Source: Paragordius varius (lineage: Eukaryota; Animalia; Nematomorpha). Taken from it: a DNA stretch of 64,000 nt. Of the stretch, positions 50,165 to 64,000 are shown in pieces (the stretch's first letter is position 1; each line of letters begins with the position of its first letter). The stretch lies in the NCBI GenBank assembly GCA_964247055.1, contig OZ176056.1, positions 7,502,001 to 7,566,000 on the forward strand, written 5' to 3'. Made by a program: the position numbers and the translations under genes. The notes under the pieces were generated by a model that saw only the letters and a list, made by a program, of their open reading frames with translations, did no database searches and was not told where the DNA came from.

Positions 50165-50704
50165 CTTCAAATTTATTTATCTTAAGTGTGCCCCATACCA
50201 TACTTGAAAAATCTTCAAGTTTTACTTGATCATATGATTTTTTATCACCCCAGCAGGTTTTCTTGTCTAATTTAAGTCCCGTAATGTTAAAAATTTTTTA
50301 TCATAAAAGAGCTAGCCATGACTTGAAAACCGACAAAACTCAAAAAAATCTTACCTCACCCAATGTGTGGGATTAAAAATGTAATAATAATTGACAAGTA
50401 ATAAAAAGATACTATCAAAAAAAGGTTTAAATTATATGCTTAAACATCTTTTCTAAAATAATTTATAAGCTCTCTAGCATATTATAATTATTAATACGCT
50501 GGGTTTTAGTGATTAAATTTACTTCAGGGTTAAACTTTATGTTTACAAACTTTATCTAATCTATATTTTTATATTTCCAAATATGTTAAAAATATTTGAG
50601 ATTGATTGTCACTTTTTAGTTATCGGTAATTACCTAGTTTCAGCTGGCAATTATTTAACACCTAGATATATCGTAATCCGCAACAAAAAATAAAAAACGC
50701 TTAA

Positions 50705-53700
50705 ATGAATATAAGTTTATGGAAGATTCGAGAAATTACCGACAAAGTGTATGCATAATTTACCTTATTTTGCCTTTTAAAAACTTTAATTTTACATTAT
50801 AATCCATGTTTATATGACAGAACGAATGTCGTAATGAATTACACGGAAGTGGAATCGAAAGTTAGGGAAGCCACAAACGATGATTCCTGGGGACCGACGG
50901 GACCAGTTATGCAAGATATTAGTCATTACACATTCACTCATGAACATTATGCTGAGGTTATGGGTATGATCTGGAGACGAATGTTTCAGGAAGGCAAAAA
51001 TTGGCGTAGAACTTATAAAGTACGCAAATTTATTTGTTTTTTTTTGATTAAATTTATATAATTATGTTTTGTATATTTATAGAAATTTAAATTTGAACAT
51101 TTTTTTATGTAAAGAATTAAAAATATTTATTGTCTTTTTATTATAATAAAATATGGAGCTATATTGAATTGTTTAAATTAATAAATAGATAAAAAGTATG
51201 CATAGCGAATTTAACTCTTATAAAATTATTTTTCCTTATTCTTTAATAGTAATATTATATTATATTTGAATGGTTCTTTTAATAATTTGCTCAATAAAAT
51301 GTTAACTTAAGATTCCTAGGTTATTTCAAGTAAAAACTAAGATGATTTAACATAAAATCAATTAGTATGTTTTTAATTATTTACCATAAAATACTTAATA
51401 TATAAATCAATATACCATTTACAGTTTGAATTCATTCTCGAACAATTCACATTCACCCTAAAATAATTTATGGGGTTTTTTAAGATTAAAAATTACCTAT
51501 CTTTTTTATATTTTTAAAAAATGAAGTTTTGTCTATATTAATTATGCCATAAAGATTATTTCTTATTAATGATTAGTTATATTAGCTGCCCGAAAACACA
51601 TAATTTATTTTTAGGGTGAATTTGAATTGTAAATGGTATATTAGCCTGAAAACACATAATTTATTTTTAGGGTGAATATGAATTTTTCGAGGGTGAATAT
51701 GAATTGTTCGAGGGTGAATTTGAATTGTTTAAGGATGAAATTGAATATTTTAGATGGTTTATATTTTTATTATAATACAGAGTTTAGTTCTCCTATCCTA
51801 TTTACTAAGGAATGGAAGTGAACGCGTAGTTAATTCCACCCGAGAACATTTATATGATTTACGAACGCTGGAAAATTTTGCCTACATTGATGAAAATAAT
51901 AAGGATCAGGGTTTGAATGGTATATTATATTACTTTTTTTAATATATATTAATTTTTAAAATTTGAAAATTATTATGGAGAAATATTTTGAAAATTTTAG
52001 TTATTTTATTGATATACAGTGGACTCGTAAATTTTTTAGATAAATAGTGCTTATTTTTTGTGTTAAGCTTGTAATTTTTAATTTTAGTTTTTTTAGATTG
52101 ATTACTATTTGGGGTTAATAATTTTTTGTAAATTTTTTGAATTTTTCTTTACATGGGAGGCAAAAATATATTGAAAAAATAATGAATATTTTTTATTTAT
52201 ATTTAAAAATTTTGGAAAATATGGTAGAATATCAATTTAAAAAATGATATTGAAATTTAATTTTTTTCAAAAAGGTGGATTATAATGTGGATCATTTTAC
52301 AGTAACACGTGAAATTATACGGACGGACAAAACGTAAAAATATAAAGATAAATATATTTTTACACAAAAGACAACATCCATACTTTATTCAAAACCTAAA
52401 TTTTTCCTTCTATATAAGCTATTTAGTTACAATTGTATAATATATCATTTCTATTTCATACTTTATAGTTTTATACCACATTGAGTTTTATTTAAAAAAA
52501 ACAAGGTTTGAGAAGATATGATTGCTTTTTGAAAAAAATATAAGTCTTTATATTTTTACGTTTTGTCCTCTGTATATAATTTCATGTTTTACTGTATTAA
52601 GGGTATCCAATCTATATATATATATATATATATATATTCATGTCAAATATTTTTTTAGAAAATTATTAGCACACTTATGTATTTTTTACCAGTTTGTTTT
52701 GTTTTGTTTTTAATTATTTTAAATTCGTATATGGCTTATGGCAAAATTTTTATGCTTTTTTTTATACGGCCTATATGTTTTATTTATTGTAAATTTTTAA
52801 ATTAAAATATTATTTTATATTTATAATAATAAGAAACTTAAAATCGATACTGAAAATATAGGGATGAAATATATCTTTCTTTATAATCTTTTATATAAAA
52901 ATATAATTATATATGTACAGTAGCGTATGGCATAAAACAATGTTAGTCCATAATAGAATAAAACAACCCTAGTTGTATATATACATTATTCATAATATCC
53001 CCTTGTTTTTTTTAAAAAAAAACATTTTTTTTCATTATTTTATGGACTAACATTGTTTTATGCCATACACTACTGGACTGTTAAAAATTGAAATGGTACT
53101 GATAAAAAAATTTAAACGATTTTTCCATATAAATAACCTATTTTATTTCATTTAAAAATTATTGAAATTAATCTATAATGCATACTTTGCAACCCCAAAA
53201 CAATAAATTATTAAAAAAAAATTACAATTCTTTAACAAATATGATTGTCTTTTGAAAAAAGATATGTTTTGTTTTTGCCCTTATATTTTTACGTTTTGTC
53301 CTCTGTATAAGATAATATTTTACTCTACGTTTTATTATAAAATTTTAATACTTATTATTTGTCTTTACAAGTTTGGATTTAATTTTTTAAATTGATCCTT
53401 ATATTTGCCTTTTCAATATTTCAATAACTTTTTTCTATTGAATATTAATAATAAATATAGCTCTCTTTCTCTTTGCAAATAAGCCGTAAAAGCTTGCAAT
53501 CTTTCGGTTATTTTCAATAACTTTTAACTTTTTTTTAACTTTTCTTTGCTATACCCATAAAATTTTACAATTTATCGTTTTTCCTAAATAACTTAAAAAA
53601 CTTTTAAATTTTTATACTTTTTGTTACTTTTCTTTGCAAATATCAAAGTACGTCAAAAAGTCAAAGAACTAATTCAATTCGTACAAGACGATGACAGGCT

Positions 53701-56700
53701 CAAGGAAGAACGCAAAAAAGCTAAGAAAAATCGTGACAAATTTGTCGGACTTTCTAGTGGACAAATGCGTTTTAATTCTACAAACAACACCACAAATATG
53801 AGTATTACAAAATTTTCTGACACAACCCTGCATGAAGGCGATACCGCTTCAAAATATAGTAAGTATATATATAACTTTGATAAAATTCAAGGAATCTTGG
53901 GAAATTTTTTGGGTGAGTTAGCTTAAAATTAATTTTATCCTTTTAATCAGTTTCAAGTTTTGATAATTTTTTTTAAACTCTATTTAATATGGGGGCGATA
54001 CCACTTTGAAATATAGAGTAAATTTTTTTGAAAAATTTTGATATTTCTAGGATTTAAGGATATTTGAAATTTTTTGTGTTGGGTGAAAATATTGGTTATA
54101 TTTTAATTTTTCATTTTTTTGGAAAAACTTTCCATGTGAATAATGCTACTTCAAACTATAGTATATAAGTTATTTCAAATTTATTAAATTTTGAATAGGT
54201 TATTATTCTTAAATATTGGTAAATATTCTTTTTTTATTACATAAATTTTTATTTTTTTTAATTGCCTATCGGGACATTCATAAATAATTTATTTGATTTA
54301 AAACGTAAGACTGAACAAATCAATTATACACATACACGCACAATTTAAGAATGGTTTCACGTCGTTCTTGATATATGAATATACTTAATCATAGAAATAT
54401 TATTTGGATAATAACTTTTTTAGGCTTTTTTAAGCATATTTTTACAAATTAAATTTTTTTTCGCGGGGGCCGTACGAACACACACGTCCTTTAAACAGTG
54501 TGTGTACTTTGCACCTTAAAATTAATTTATTTAGATTTAAATTACAATAATCTTAATTTTTTCATTTTAAAATATTTATAATTTTTTTTAGTATTTTTAC
54601 TCAAAAATTAAATTTTATTTCTATTACAGCTTTTTAGTTCAAAAAATTTCCCTTCAAATTATTTTTAGCAAGACCTTACTAGCGTGGCTAATAAGAGCTA
54701 TGTTTCGATAGTTTTGGCACTGGAGTACATCACCTTTTTTTATATTGGGAATACAGGTTTGGCCACTCACCCGTTTCCCACACCTTTTGACATAACTTGT
54801 GTAACGTTTTTACAGGAATAGCTTTTGTAAACTTTATTGAGATAATGTCTTTACATACATAGTAGTCTATGCTCCTACGTCAAATGCTCCCAAAAAAGAC
54901 ACAGAAAGGATTTTTATGCAAAGTTTTGCAAATAAAATAGTTTTGGATGAAACGAAGAAAAGAGATATTATTTGATTGGAACAGCAAAGTTGGTAAAGGT
55001 AGAGCAGATCAAATAATCGGACCGTATGAATTGGGAGAACGAAACGAGCCTGGGGAAGCACTGATCAATTTTTGTCAAGAAAATGAGTTGATGATAACTA
55101 ACACATGGTTTCCACAACACAATAGAAGTTTATACATATGGACCTCTCCATGTGGTAAATATATAAGAACCAAATCGATTACACAATATGTCCACAAAAA
55201 TGGAAAAGCTCTATACTCGACACCAAAACAAGCAAAAGCAGCGATTGCTCTAGCGATCATGAGCTTTTAGTAACCAACCAAAATCAAACTTAAAATAATT
55301 AAAAATAAGGTTAAACAGACATACAGATATGACACTCAGAACATTCCAAATACTTTTAAAACAGAAACAAAAGATAGATTGGACAATGAATGTAGCTCAG
55401 AACAAATGAAGTGGCAAAAGAAAAAGTGCAAAGGGTAAGGAGGAAAGATAATAAATGGATATCAGAAAAGAGTTTAGAGATAGCAGAAAAGCGGAGAAAA
55501 GCTAAATCTAGAGGGGATAATAAAATGGTAAAATTATATAACAAAGAATTTCAACGACAAACAAGGAAGGATTATGAAGAATTTCTCAATTTACAATGTC
55601 TGGAAGTGGAATTAAATAACAAAAAAGGATTAATGCAACCAATGTTCCAGAAACTGAAGCAAATGACTCATAAACGTTATATATCATCCCAAAAGATTAA
55701 AAAAGAGAATGGCACCATATTGTGCAAACAAACAAAAGTACGAGAAAGATGGAAGGAATACACCAAAAACTATATCAGGCCCCTTAAGCAAAAGTGTTGC
55801 AATCAAAAGAGGAAGAACGTGATCCAGATATACTAAATGAGGAGGTTGAATTAGCCTTAAAACAAATTCCTAACAACAAAGCGATGGGATTAGACAATAT
55901 CCCAATAGAGTTTATAAAAGCTATTCCTGTAGAAACGTTACACAAGTTATGTCAAAAGGTGAGGGAAACATGTGAGTGGCCAAACGATTGGGCATCATCT
56001 GTATATCTCCCAATATACAAAAAAGGTGATGTACTCCAGTGCGAAAACATAGCTCTTATTAGCCACGCCGGTAAGGTCTAGAATAATACAAAACAGGATG
56101 CACAGTATTATACAGTCAGAAATACCAGAAAATCAAGCCGGATTTATGAAGGGAAAAGCACAAGAGACCATATCTCAAACATGAGAAGGATAATGGAAAC
56201 ATCAAAGGAGTTCCAGAAAGAATTATACATGTGTTTTATTGATTACAGATGTGGGTAACATAAAGGTTAGTAGGGGTATCGTCCCACTTAATAAAATTGA
56301 TTAGCTCTTTTTATGTAAAACATAGAGCGATTATAAGAACATTAGCGGGGCACACAGGAGAAATACCTATCTTGAAAGGAGTCAGACAAGGGTGTTGCTT
56401 ATCCCCTTATCTGTTTAATATGTACACAGAAATGATTATAAGAAAATTAGATGGTAAAAATATTGGAGTAAGAATAGGAGGGCGAACAATCAATAATTTA
56501 AGGTTTGCAGACGATACCACTCTTATAGCTGAAAGTGCAAATGATTTGAAGGAATCGATCGAAGAGATTCGAAATGAAAGTGTGAGGTATGGTCTTACGC
56601 TTAACCCTAACAAAACCAAAATATTATGTACTGAAAAAAAGCCTACAACTATAGGAAATAGAAATAATTAATCACGTTGGGTGCTATAATTCCCGAGGAT

Positions 56701-59700
56701 GGCTCTTCAACTCCTGACATCAGAAGAAATTAGGATTGGGTAGAGAAGCGATGATCAAATTAATAAAGATTTGGAAAAACAAAAGCGTAGGAGTTGAAAC
56801 CAAAAAAAGATTACTCTACTGTTTCGTTCTCCCGGTAACCACATATGGATGTGAGAGTTGGACTCTCAGAAAAAGGGACAAAGAAAGGCTCATGGCTTTC
56901 GAAAGGAGCTGTTGGCGTAGGATGCTAGGATACACCTAGAAGGATAAAATTAAGAATGGAAATCTAACTACAGAAATAAAACCTAAAACAAACATCCTGG
57001 AGATAATTCTAAAAAGAAATTTAACATATTTTGGTCATGTCATGCGATCGAATTCTCTAGAGAAAGATACAATGTTTGGTAAGGTAGAAGGACAAAGGAA
57101 ACGAGGCTGACCACCGATGAGGTGGTTGGATATGATAAAAGAGGAGATTAAAATGACATGAACGATCTCAATGTAGCGGTAAAAGATAGAAGAAAGTGGA
57201 AAGAAATAGCCAAAACTATATCCAAAAAGTAGTTTACGACTTAGGAATAATCAACCAACCAATGCAAGGCTGGCTAAATAAAACTATCATAAATTTTTCC
57301 ATTTTATTGTAAAACCATCATAAATTTTTCAATTTTTAACCAATAAAAAAAACTTTTAATTTTATCATTTTTAACGTGAATTAATTTTATAATATAGATG
57401 ATGACTCCTCAAGTACACACTCACAACCAGAGGGCGAAAATAATGGCAACGATTATTCCAAACCCAAATCTAAAACGGCAATTTATCATCAAAATACCAC
57501 TAATAATATATCAGTTTCGCCTCATAATAGACCGAAATCTGTGGAAAATTCCAATTTACATTCCAATAAGTATGAATGAAAGTTTTTTTATAGGTTTTTT
57601 TTGTTTAAAAAAATCTTAACAAAAAAAGTTACATAAAACAAAACATACAGTGTAAATTTAAAGTCAAAACCATGTTTCTTATATGTTTATGTTTACTATA
57701 CATATAATTTACTATTTATTTTAAGCCAGATAAGTTATCTAAAAAATAATTACAAAAAATTCCAAATATATATGTTTATATATAAATATGTTTAGTTATA
57801 TCCTAACTTTTACGTTTTATCATCTTTATATTAAAAATGTTGCCATTGATTTCAGAGGATGTGTAATGTCTTGATCGTTTTTGTAGTGCTGAAAAAATTA
57901 AATTTTTTTAAAACTGTGTAATCTCAATATAGAAAAAAAATTTTTTTTATTAGAAATTTTGACTACAAAATTAATCAAGGATGTGTTTTAGAAGATTCAT
58001 TTACATAAAAATTGGAGATGAATAGTACATAATTTATATTATTTAAAGTTTTTATGTATATATTTTTAGTTATTAAATTCCATTTAAATAGAGTATTTTT
58101 GCACTCTTTTTTATAGGGAAAAAAAGGACCTAATAAATTTTTAACGAATCAATAATAATTTTGGGTTTAAATGAACACATTTTTTATAAATTATTAATTA
58201 ATTAATTGTTATGAGTAGTATAGAGCATTTTCCAATATTTTAATTTGGACTTAACCGATACTTTTAAGTATTGTTTTTATGTTTATAATATATTTTTACT
58301 TTATTTCAACAAATCAATCATAATTTCTAATAAACTTAAACTATATCAAATTATACCATTCAGCGTTCGAATTCATATCAAAAATAAATTATGTGTAAAC
58401 GAACTAATATAACAGATTATTAATATGAAATATATCTTTATGGCAGAGTTTATTATTTTTTCAGTATTATTTTAATTTTATTTTTTAAAAATATATAAAA
58501 ATATAGGTAATTTTAAATCTTAAAAACATATAGTTTATTTTAGGGTGAATTTGAATTGTTCAAGGGTTATTTTGAATTGTTTAAGGGTAAATTTGAATTG
58601 TAAATGGTATATATAATTTATTTAAATATGTCAAACATATGAAATAAAGAGAAAAAAAATAATTTTTATCTCAATTATTCCAAATAAGTCAAAATTTAGT
58701 TAAGTCAAAGTATTTCTTGATTGAATAATTTTTATTTAGCAATCTATCCTCTCAACATATTCCGAATAACGGAACGAAAAAAGGATACGTGAATAAAACT
58801 AACAACCATCATAATGTGCTTTCTATGTCAAATATCACTAATATTAATGGTAATGTTAATGTTAAACCATCAGCTCGTGATATGTTAAATACGGGCAAAC
58901 GTATAGAGTTAGGTCCTAAAGCCCTCAATTTCATAAAGGGAGAACATCAGAAAAATGAAATTTTAACGACCCCCATTAATAATAATGATGGTTATAATAA
59001 AAATCATTTTTTAATTGACAATGATGACGAAACCTATCAAGAAGAAGGAAAACAACAAAATTTTAAAAATTTTGCTCAAACACAAATGTCAAACAACACG
59101 GGTAATTATATAATAAAAATATTTTTGATTTTAACTTCTTAATATTAAATATTGGAAAAAATGGGTATTATAATGTTTAGTTATTTATTAATATAAGGGG
59201 GAGCGAAAAACCTATATATATTAAACGTTTTTATGTAAAAACTGTTGTTGTTAATAATATAAAGCTGGCAAAGAATTAATATATATATATATATATACTA
59301 ATTTTTTGATTTTCTAAAATTTTATTTCAATTCTAATTATATTGGTTTTCCTGTATATATAAATTAAGATTTACCTCACATTTTTCAATATGGACGGTGC
59401 TTTTTTAAAAGTTAAGGTTTAAATTTTTTTTTAACTTTTATTTTGTTAAAAATTTTTTGAAATATTTCTAGTAACAAATGATCTTTTCCAAGCTTTTGAT
59501 GATATTTCATTGCTTTCAAACACCACTAATAATAAGATTAATGGTAATAACATGGATATATTATCGAATGAGCTTACGTTTAATTCGCCTATGATCATTA
59601 ATTCAAATCCTTCCTTGTTCTCAGAACAAACGACTTTGCCGCCTAATAAAACGGTTGTTGCATATTCAAAGTAATAAACATATCTTTAATTTTTATTATT

Positions 59701-62700
59701 TTAACTTTACCTGTAAATTAAATCTATTTTATAAAAAAAATTTATTTATATATTTTTAAACACAATTTTGTAAACTCCACATATATAAAACATTGTTTTT
59801 TAGGGTTAATTTTTTGTGAAAAGGGCATATTTACACTCTGGCTGATTAATATTGAAGCATTAGATATTTTTGCGATTTTTATTTTTTTTGCCTTAAAATT
59901 ACTTCATAGCCAGCTAACAAAGATATAAATTTATTATATATTTGCAAATAAAACTATTACATATTTTATAAAGAAAAAACCCCATTTTTATGCTTGTTTT
60001 TTTTCATTACAATTTCAAAACGGATTGAGTGTGTTCTTTATTGATTTTAGAGTAAAACTTGAAATTATACTGTGGAAGGACAAAACGTAAAAAACATAGA
60101 GATAAATATTTTTAACAAAAGACAAAACCCCATACTTTTTTTAAAATTTTAATTTTATTAAATATAACTGATTGTTTAAAATTACAAAGTATGGAATAGA
60201 TATGTAAATTGGTGACACAATCAATTATGTATTCAAATAATTGTATACTTAAATTTTATAAAATAAATTAATAAGATTTAAATGGGTGTGCCTGTTGTGT
60301 CTTTTGAAAAAAAATTGTTTTTATATTGTTTTACTACGTTTTGTCCATGGTATAATTTTAACTTTTTACTTTTTTTTACTAAGCTTTTATAACTTTGATT
60401 TTGCATAAATTTTAACAGTGGAGATGATTTTAGCGATTTTTCAACGTGGAATAGTCAACCGAATAATTTCTCAAATACGAAAAATACCGACGACCAAGCT
60501 TTAACAAGCAAACAAACTCCTAATAATACGTTTAATTTTTTTGAAAACTCGCTTGATAACAACCGCAAATTTGATTTCCCCCATAGTAAATAAAGAATGT
60601 TTTAATCCTTACAAAAAAGGGTTTTTTTACTTAAAAAATTATGTAATAAAAGTAACTTTATACATTGTTAAGCAGGCTAAATAAGAAATTGTTTTATACT
60701 TAGGGTAAAAAAATCTAATTTATAAAGCGAGACCATGATTTAAACCGTTTTTTTATATATCCTATCGTTTTGAGTTATTTTTTATGGGATAATAATTAAA
60801 TTCTTTGTCAAATTTATTTGAATCAAACTAATTCAAAATTGATACATGGTAATATCATTTTCTTTAATATATATATTTAATATAAAAATTTAGGTGAAAA
60901 CCTTCAAAAAACTGTTGAAAAGAAGAATGATTTTACCAATAATCCATTTTTATCCTCACAGCCAGCTAAAACACTTTTAACTGTAAGAGTATTTTAATAT
61001 TACAATGTAAAAATTGAAATTATATAAGATTCATCGTAAAGGTCAAAGGACAAATATGTTTTTTTCGCTTCAATATACAACCATACTTTATAAAATCTAA
61101 TTTTTTTTAATTTAAGCTTTATAATTACAGATTATTTCATATGTCTATTCATCATTTTGTCATTGAAAACGATAGTATGTAAATAACTCAGGTTTAAAAA
61201 TATGATATACTAATTACACTTCAAATTCACCCTAAAATAAATTACGTTTTTTTTATTAAGATTAAAAATTAGCTATATTTTAAAAAATAGTAATTTAATT
61301 AAAATTAAAATAATTCTAATTCTAAAAAAATAATAAACTGAGCGATAAACATAAATTTTATATTAATAATGACTTTTATTAGTTTGAAAACACATAATTT
61401 ATTTTTAGGGTGAACTTGAATTGTTCAAGGGTGAATTTAAATTGTTTAAGGGTGAATTTGAATTGTTTAAGGGTGAATTTGAATTGTTCGAAGGTGAATT
61501 TGTTTTGTTTAAGGGTGAATTTGAATTGTAAATGGTATATATATATATATCTTAAAATTCTTAAAAGTATTTGTCTATTAGCTTTTACGTTTTGTCCTTA
61601 TATACTTTTAATTTATCTTAATATCAATAATTTCATTTTGAAAACTACAATTTGTTTTATAGTAAAAATTGAAAGTATACGGACATAACGTAAAAATATA
61701 ACGACAAAAAAATTTACTACAACACAATTATAAAACATATAATAGATTGTGCTACCTACTAATATACATCTCTATTACTTATTTTACAATTTAAACAATG
61801 ATATTTAAATTTTAAAAATTTGATATTGAACAAGTATGGTAGTTAGTTGTCTTTTAAACCAAAATATTTGTCTTTATATTTTTACGCATTTTGTCCGTCC
61901 GTATAATTTTTATTGTAAATATATTATATATATAATCTAGCCTTCCATAATCGTATCCGAAAATAGCAATAAAACAAGCGGAGGAGATTTAAGTTTGAAA
62001 GTTGATGAGAATTGTAAAATTATTAACAATACGTGGTCTGATCTACATGGGAAAATTGACCTTAATATCGATAATTTAAGGTTAACCCCCACACATAATA
62101 AGTCACAGGGCAAAGGAAACAACAATAACTTAGCTAACTACAGCAGTGGAAACGTATATGGAACATCGAAAAATCCAAATACTTTTATTATTGGTGCTGG
62201 TATAAATTTTTTTACATTTTGGATATAAAAAATTAATCTTTTCAGATCTTACATTTTGGTCCAAAGTATAATGAAATACTGATTAAATTTTTTGAAGTTT
62301 AAAAAGGATAGCCTTTAATGAAGGGTAAAAATTAATTGATTAACTTATTGGTTATAGCTAATTTATTATAATTGCTTTAAAACGTTGTTGTTTGTAATCA
62401 GTATATTTTGTACTTTAAGTTAACTAAAATGTTAGATTTTATCTTTTTATTAGTTTGATTTTACGTGAATTGTTATTAGTTAACTTTACTTTGTTATAAA
62501 AAAACATTTAACAGTTTAAATTAGAAAATACGTTTCAACAACTTTAATTTTTTTAAAAATAAATTTTCCAAATATCTTTTTTTCAATATTTTTTAATATA
62601 CCATTTTCACCATTTTTACAAGCAAACGCAACTAAAAAGCGTTTCGATGAAAAATGGTATATATTATGACAGCATAAAAGTGCATTTATAAGGAGTCAAA

Positions 62701-63213
62701 GACTGCTTATTGTTTTATGATTTCATTTAAAATTCATGAAATCCCTAGATATATATTTATAGTAAAATTTAAAAGGCATAATTTTAAACGACAACCATAT
62801 TTACACCTTAATACTTCTTTACTAATTTAAAGTGTTAATACCCTATATCTCCACTCAAAACGATAAGTATTTATATAGAAACAAAATAAATGTTTGGATA
62901 ATTTTAGGGTTTTTCTTTAACAAAAAAAATTTTACGTTTTACCCTCTAATTTATATTTTCATTCAATGTTATATTTAAATTTTTCGTATTAGCTACTCCG
63001 AACAAAAGCGTTGTTACACCTGGATATATTAGTTCCAACAATTTTAACACCAGTTCTTTTAATCAAATGACTTCCAATTCATTAACCAATAATAATAATT
63101 ATACTAATAATTCTACTTCCTTCTCTAAAACAGATTTTAAATCGTCAAATTTCATACCAAACTCAACTGTTAAAAATGATAACACTTTAGATTTGTTTGA
63201 TCCTTTGGGCTAA
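50705..63213 (+). CDS. CLINT1: Epsin-related protein (epsinR/clathrin interactor 1), 686 aa; exons 50705-50748, 50821-51019, 51781-51919, 53649-53858, 57398-57569, 58740-59101, 59472-59670, 60419-60585, 60894-60982, 61941-62199, 62993-63213
   Basis: ENTH domain WKIREITDKVTNVVMNYTEVESKVREATNDDSWGP...NWRRTYKSLVLLSYLLRNGSERVV...DDDRLKEERKKAKKN; DDFSDF adaptor-binding motif; NTWSD; phase-consistent CDS of 2061 nt. Confidence 0.93.
54700..57262 (+). mobile_element. Decayed RTE-clade LINE (endonuclease + RT) in CLINT1 intron 4
   Basis: VYAPT, DWNSKVG, WTSPCG, GVRQGCCLSPYLFN, RFADDT, TYGCESW, YFGHVMR and GQRKRG; many stops and frameshifts; CAAC tail; 5' boundary approximate. Confidence 0.92.
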
Positions 63214-64000
63214 AAAAATATATATTAATATTTTTATAATTTACTTTTCTAAACTTTATGAATTTAAAAAAATATTTTTAATAGATTGAAAAATCAAACA
63301 AAACTTTTTTTAATTCCGTTTTTTAAGGTGCAAATGCAATGTTGTAGTTCATTCCAGTTTTGTTTCTAAAACACAACCATATACAATATGCTTTTATTAA
63401 TCCCTGTAATTTATATTAAATTTAATATATAATATTTTAATGTTAAAATTTTTACTTATATAATGATGGAAGTCACACAAATTTTTAATCATATATGCAC
63501 ACAAAAATTTATTTTAAATAATTAACTAAAAATATATTCCCAATCGCCGCCATTGATTTAAACCGATTGTATTACAATGTTTTTTTTATCATATTTAATT
63601 ATTTTAAAAAATTATATAAAAATAATTTATGGGTTTTTTTCTTAGATTGTAAATGGTGTGTAATGATCATCATCAAAATATGATTTAAGAAGTTTTTAAC
63701 AACAAACACAATAATATAGTATAATTTTGAATTTTTATTAATAAATTTTTAACATATATCTCAATATTCAAGTCTAAAATTATAAGCTAAAAATCTGACA
63801 GTTGATATATTATGGGTTATTTTACGTCGTATATCAATAATAAGCAATAAAGCTATTAATTATATGCTCAATTAAGTTCTTTCAAAAGTTTTTTTATATA
63901 TTATGAAAAATTTAAACTTTAAAATCAAAAAAATAAATATCTAAAAATAATTTGCTCTTTGAAAAGGGTTGTATTATAGAGCTTTAATCCAAATTATAAA

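Noticed and set aside
61405-61535. CRISPR-like regular repeats (also 51640-51750, 16960-17050)
   Set aside because: Head-to-tail 21-bp units with no unique spacers, inside TIR elements of a eukaryote; no cas genes.
61410-61688. ORF with RVNLNCL heptad repeats
   Set aside because: Translation of the 21-bp subterminal repeats of MITE R1.
63214-64000. Possible Tel2 exon after epsinR as in Drosophila lqfR
   Set aside because: No long ORF or Tel2-like sequence before the window end.
1-64000. Alternative genetic code as an explanation for in-frame stops; tRNA/rRNA genes
   Set aside because: The reconstructed genes end at TAA, TAG or TGA and their exons have no internal stops once introns are removed; no cloverleaf or rRNA-like GC-rich segment seen.

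Overview
Very AT-rich animal (metazoan) genomic DNA with spliced genes and TE-packed introns; the species cannot be determined from sequence alone. Five protein-coding loci were reconstructed by hand from splice sites and phase: a secreted LRR protein (4312-7073 +, with a +1 frame break near 4580-4612), a small SFR1/Mei5-like gene (ends 14358 +), condensin subunit NCAPH/barren (14397-35959 -, 18 exons, ~1002 aa), a 14-exon ~943 aa orphan head-to-head with NCAPH (36198-44638 +), and epsinR/CLINT1 (50705-63213 +, 11 exons, 686 aa). The first 13 kb is a Helitron-rich inverted duplication: a second, truncated and amino-acid-divergent copy of the LRR 5' end and its upstream region brackets the LRR gene body. 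Introns contain many TA-flanked MITEs, hAT and piggyBac-like elements and two decayed RTE-clade LINEs. Top observation: several genes appear to need ultra-short GT-AG introns (27 nt in NCAPH, anchored by homology; 25 nt in the orphan; 24, 21, 23, 19 and 33 nt candidates elsewhere), coexisting with 54-95 nt and multi-kb introns in the same genes. All gene models are manual predictions without RNA evidence.
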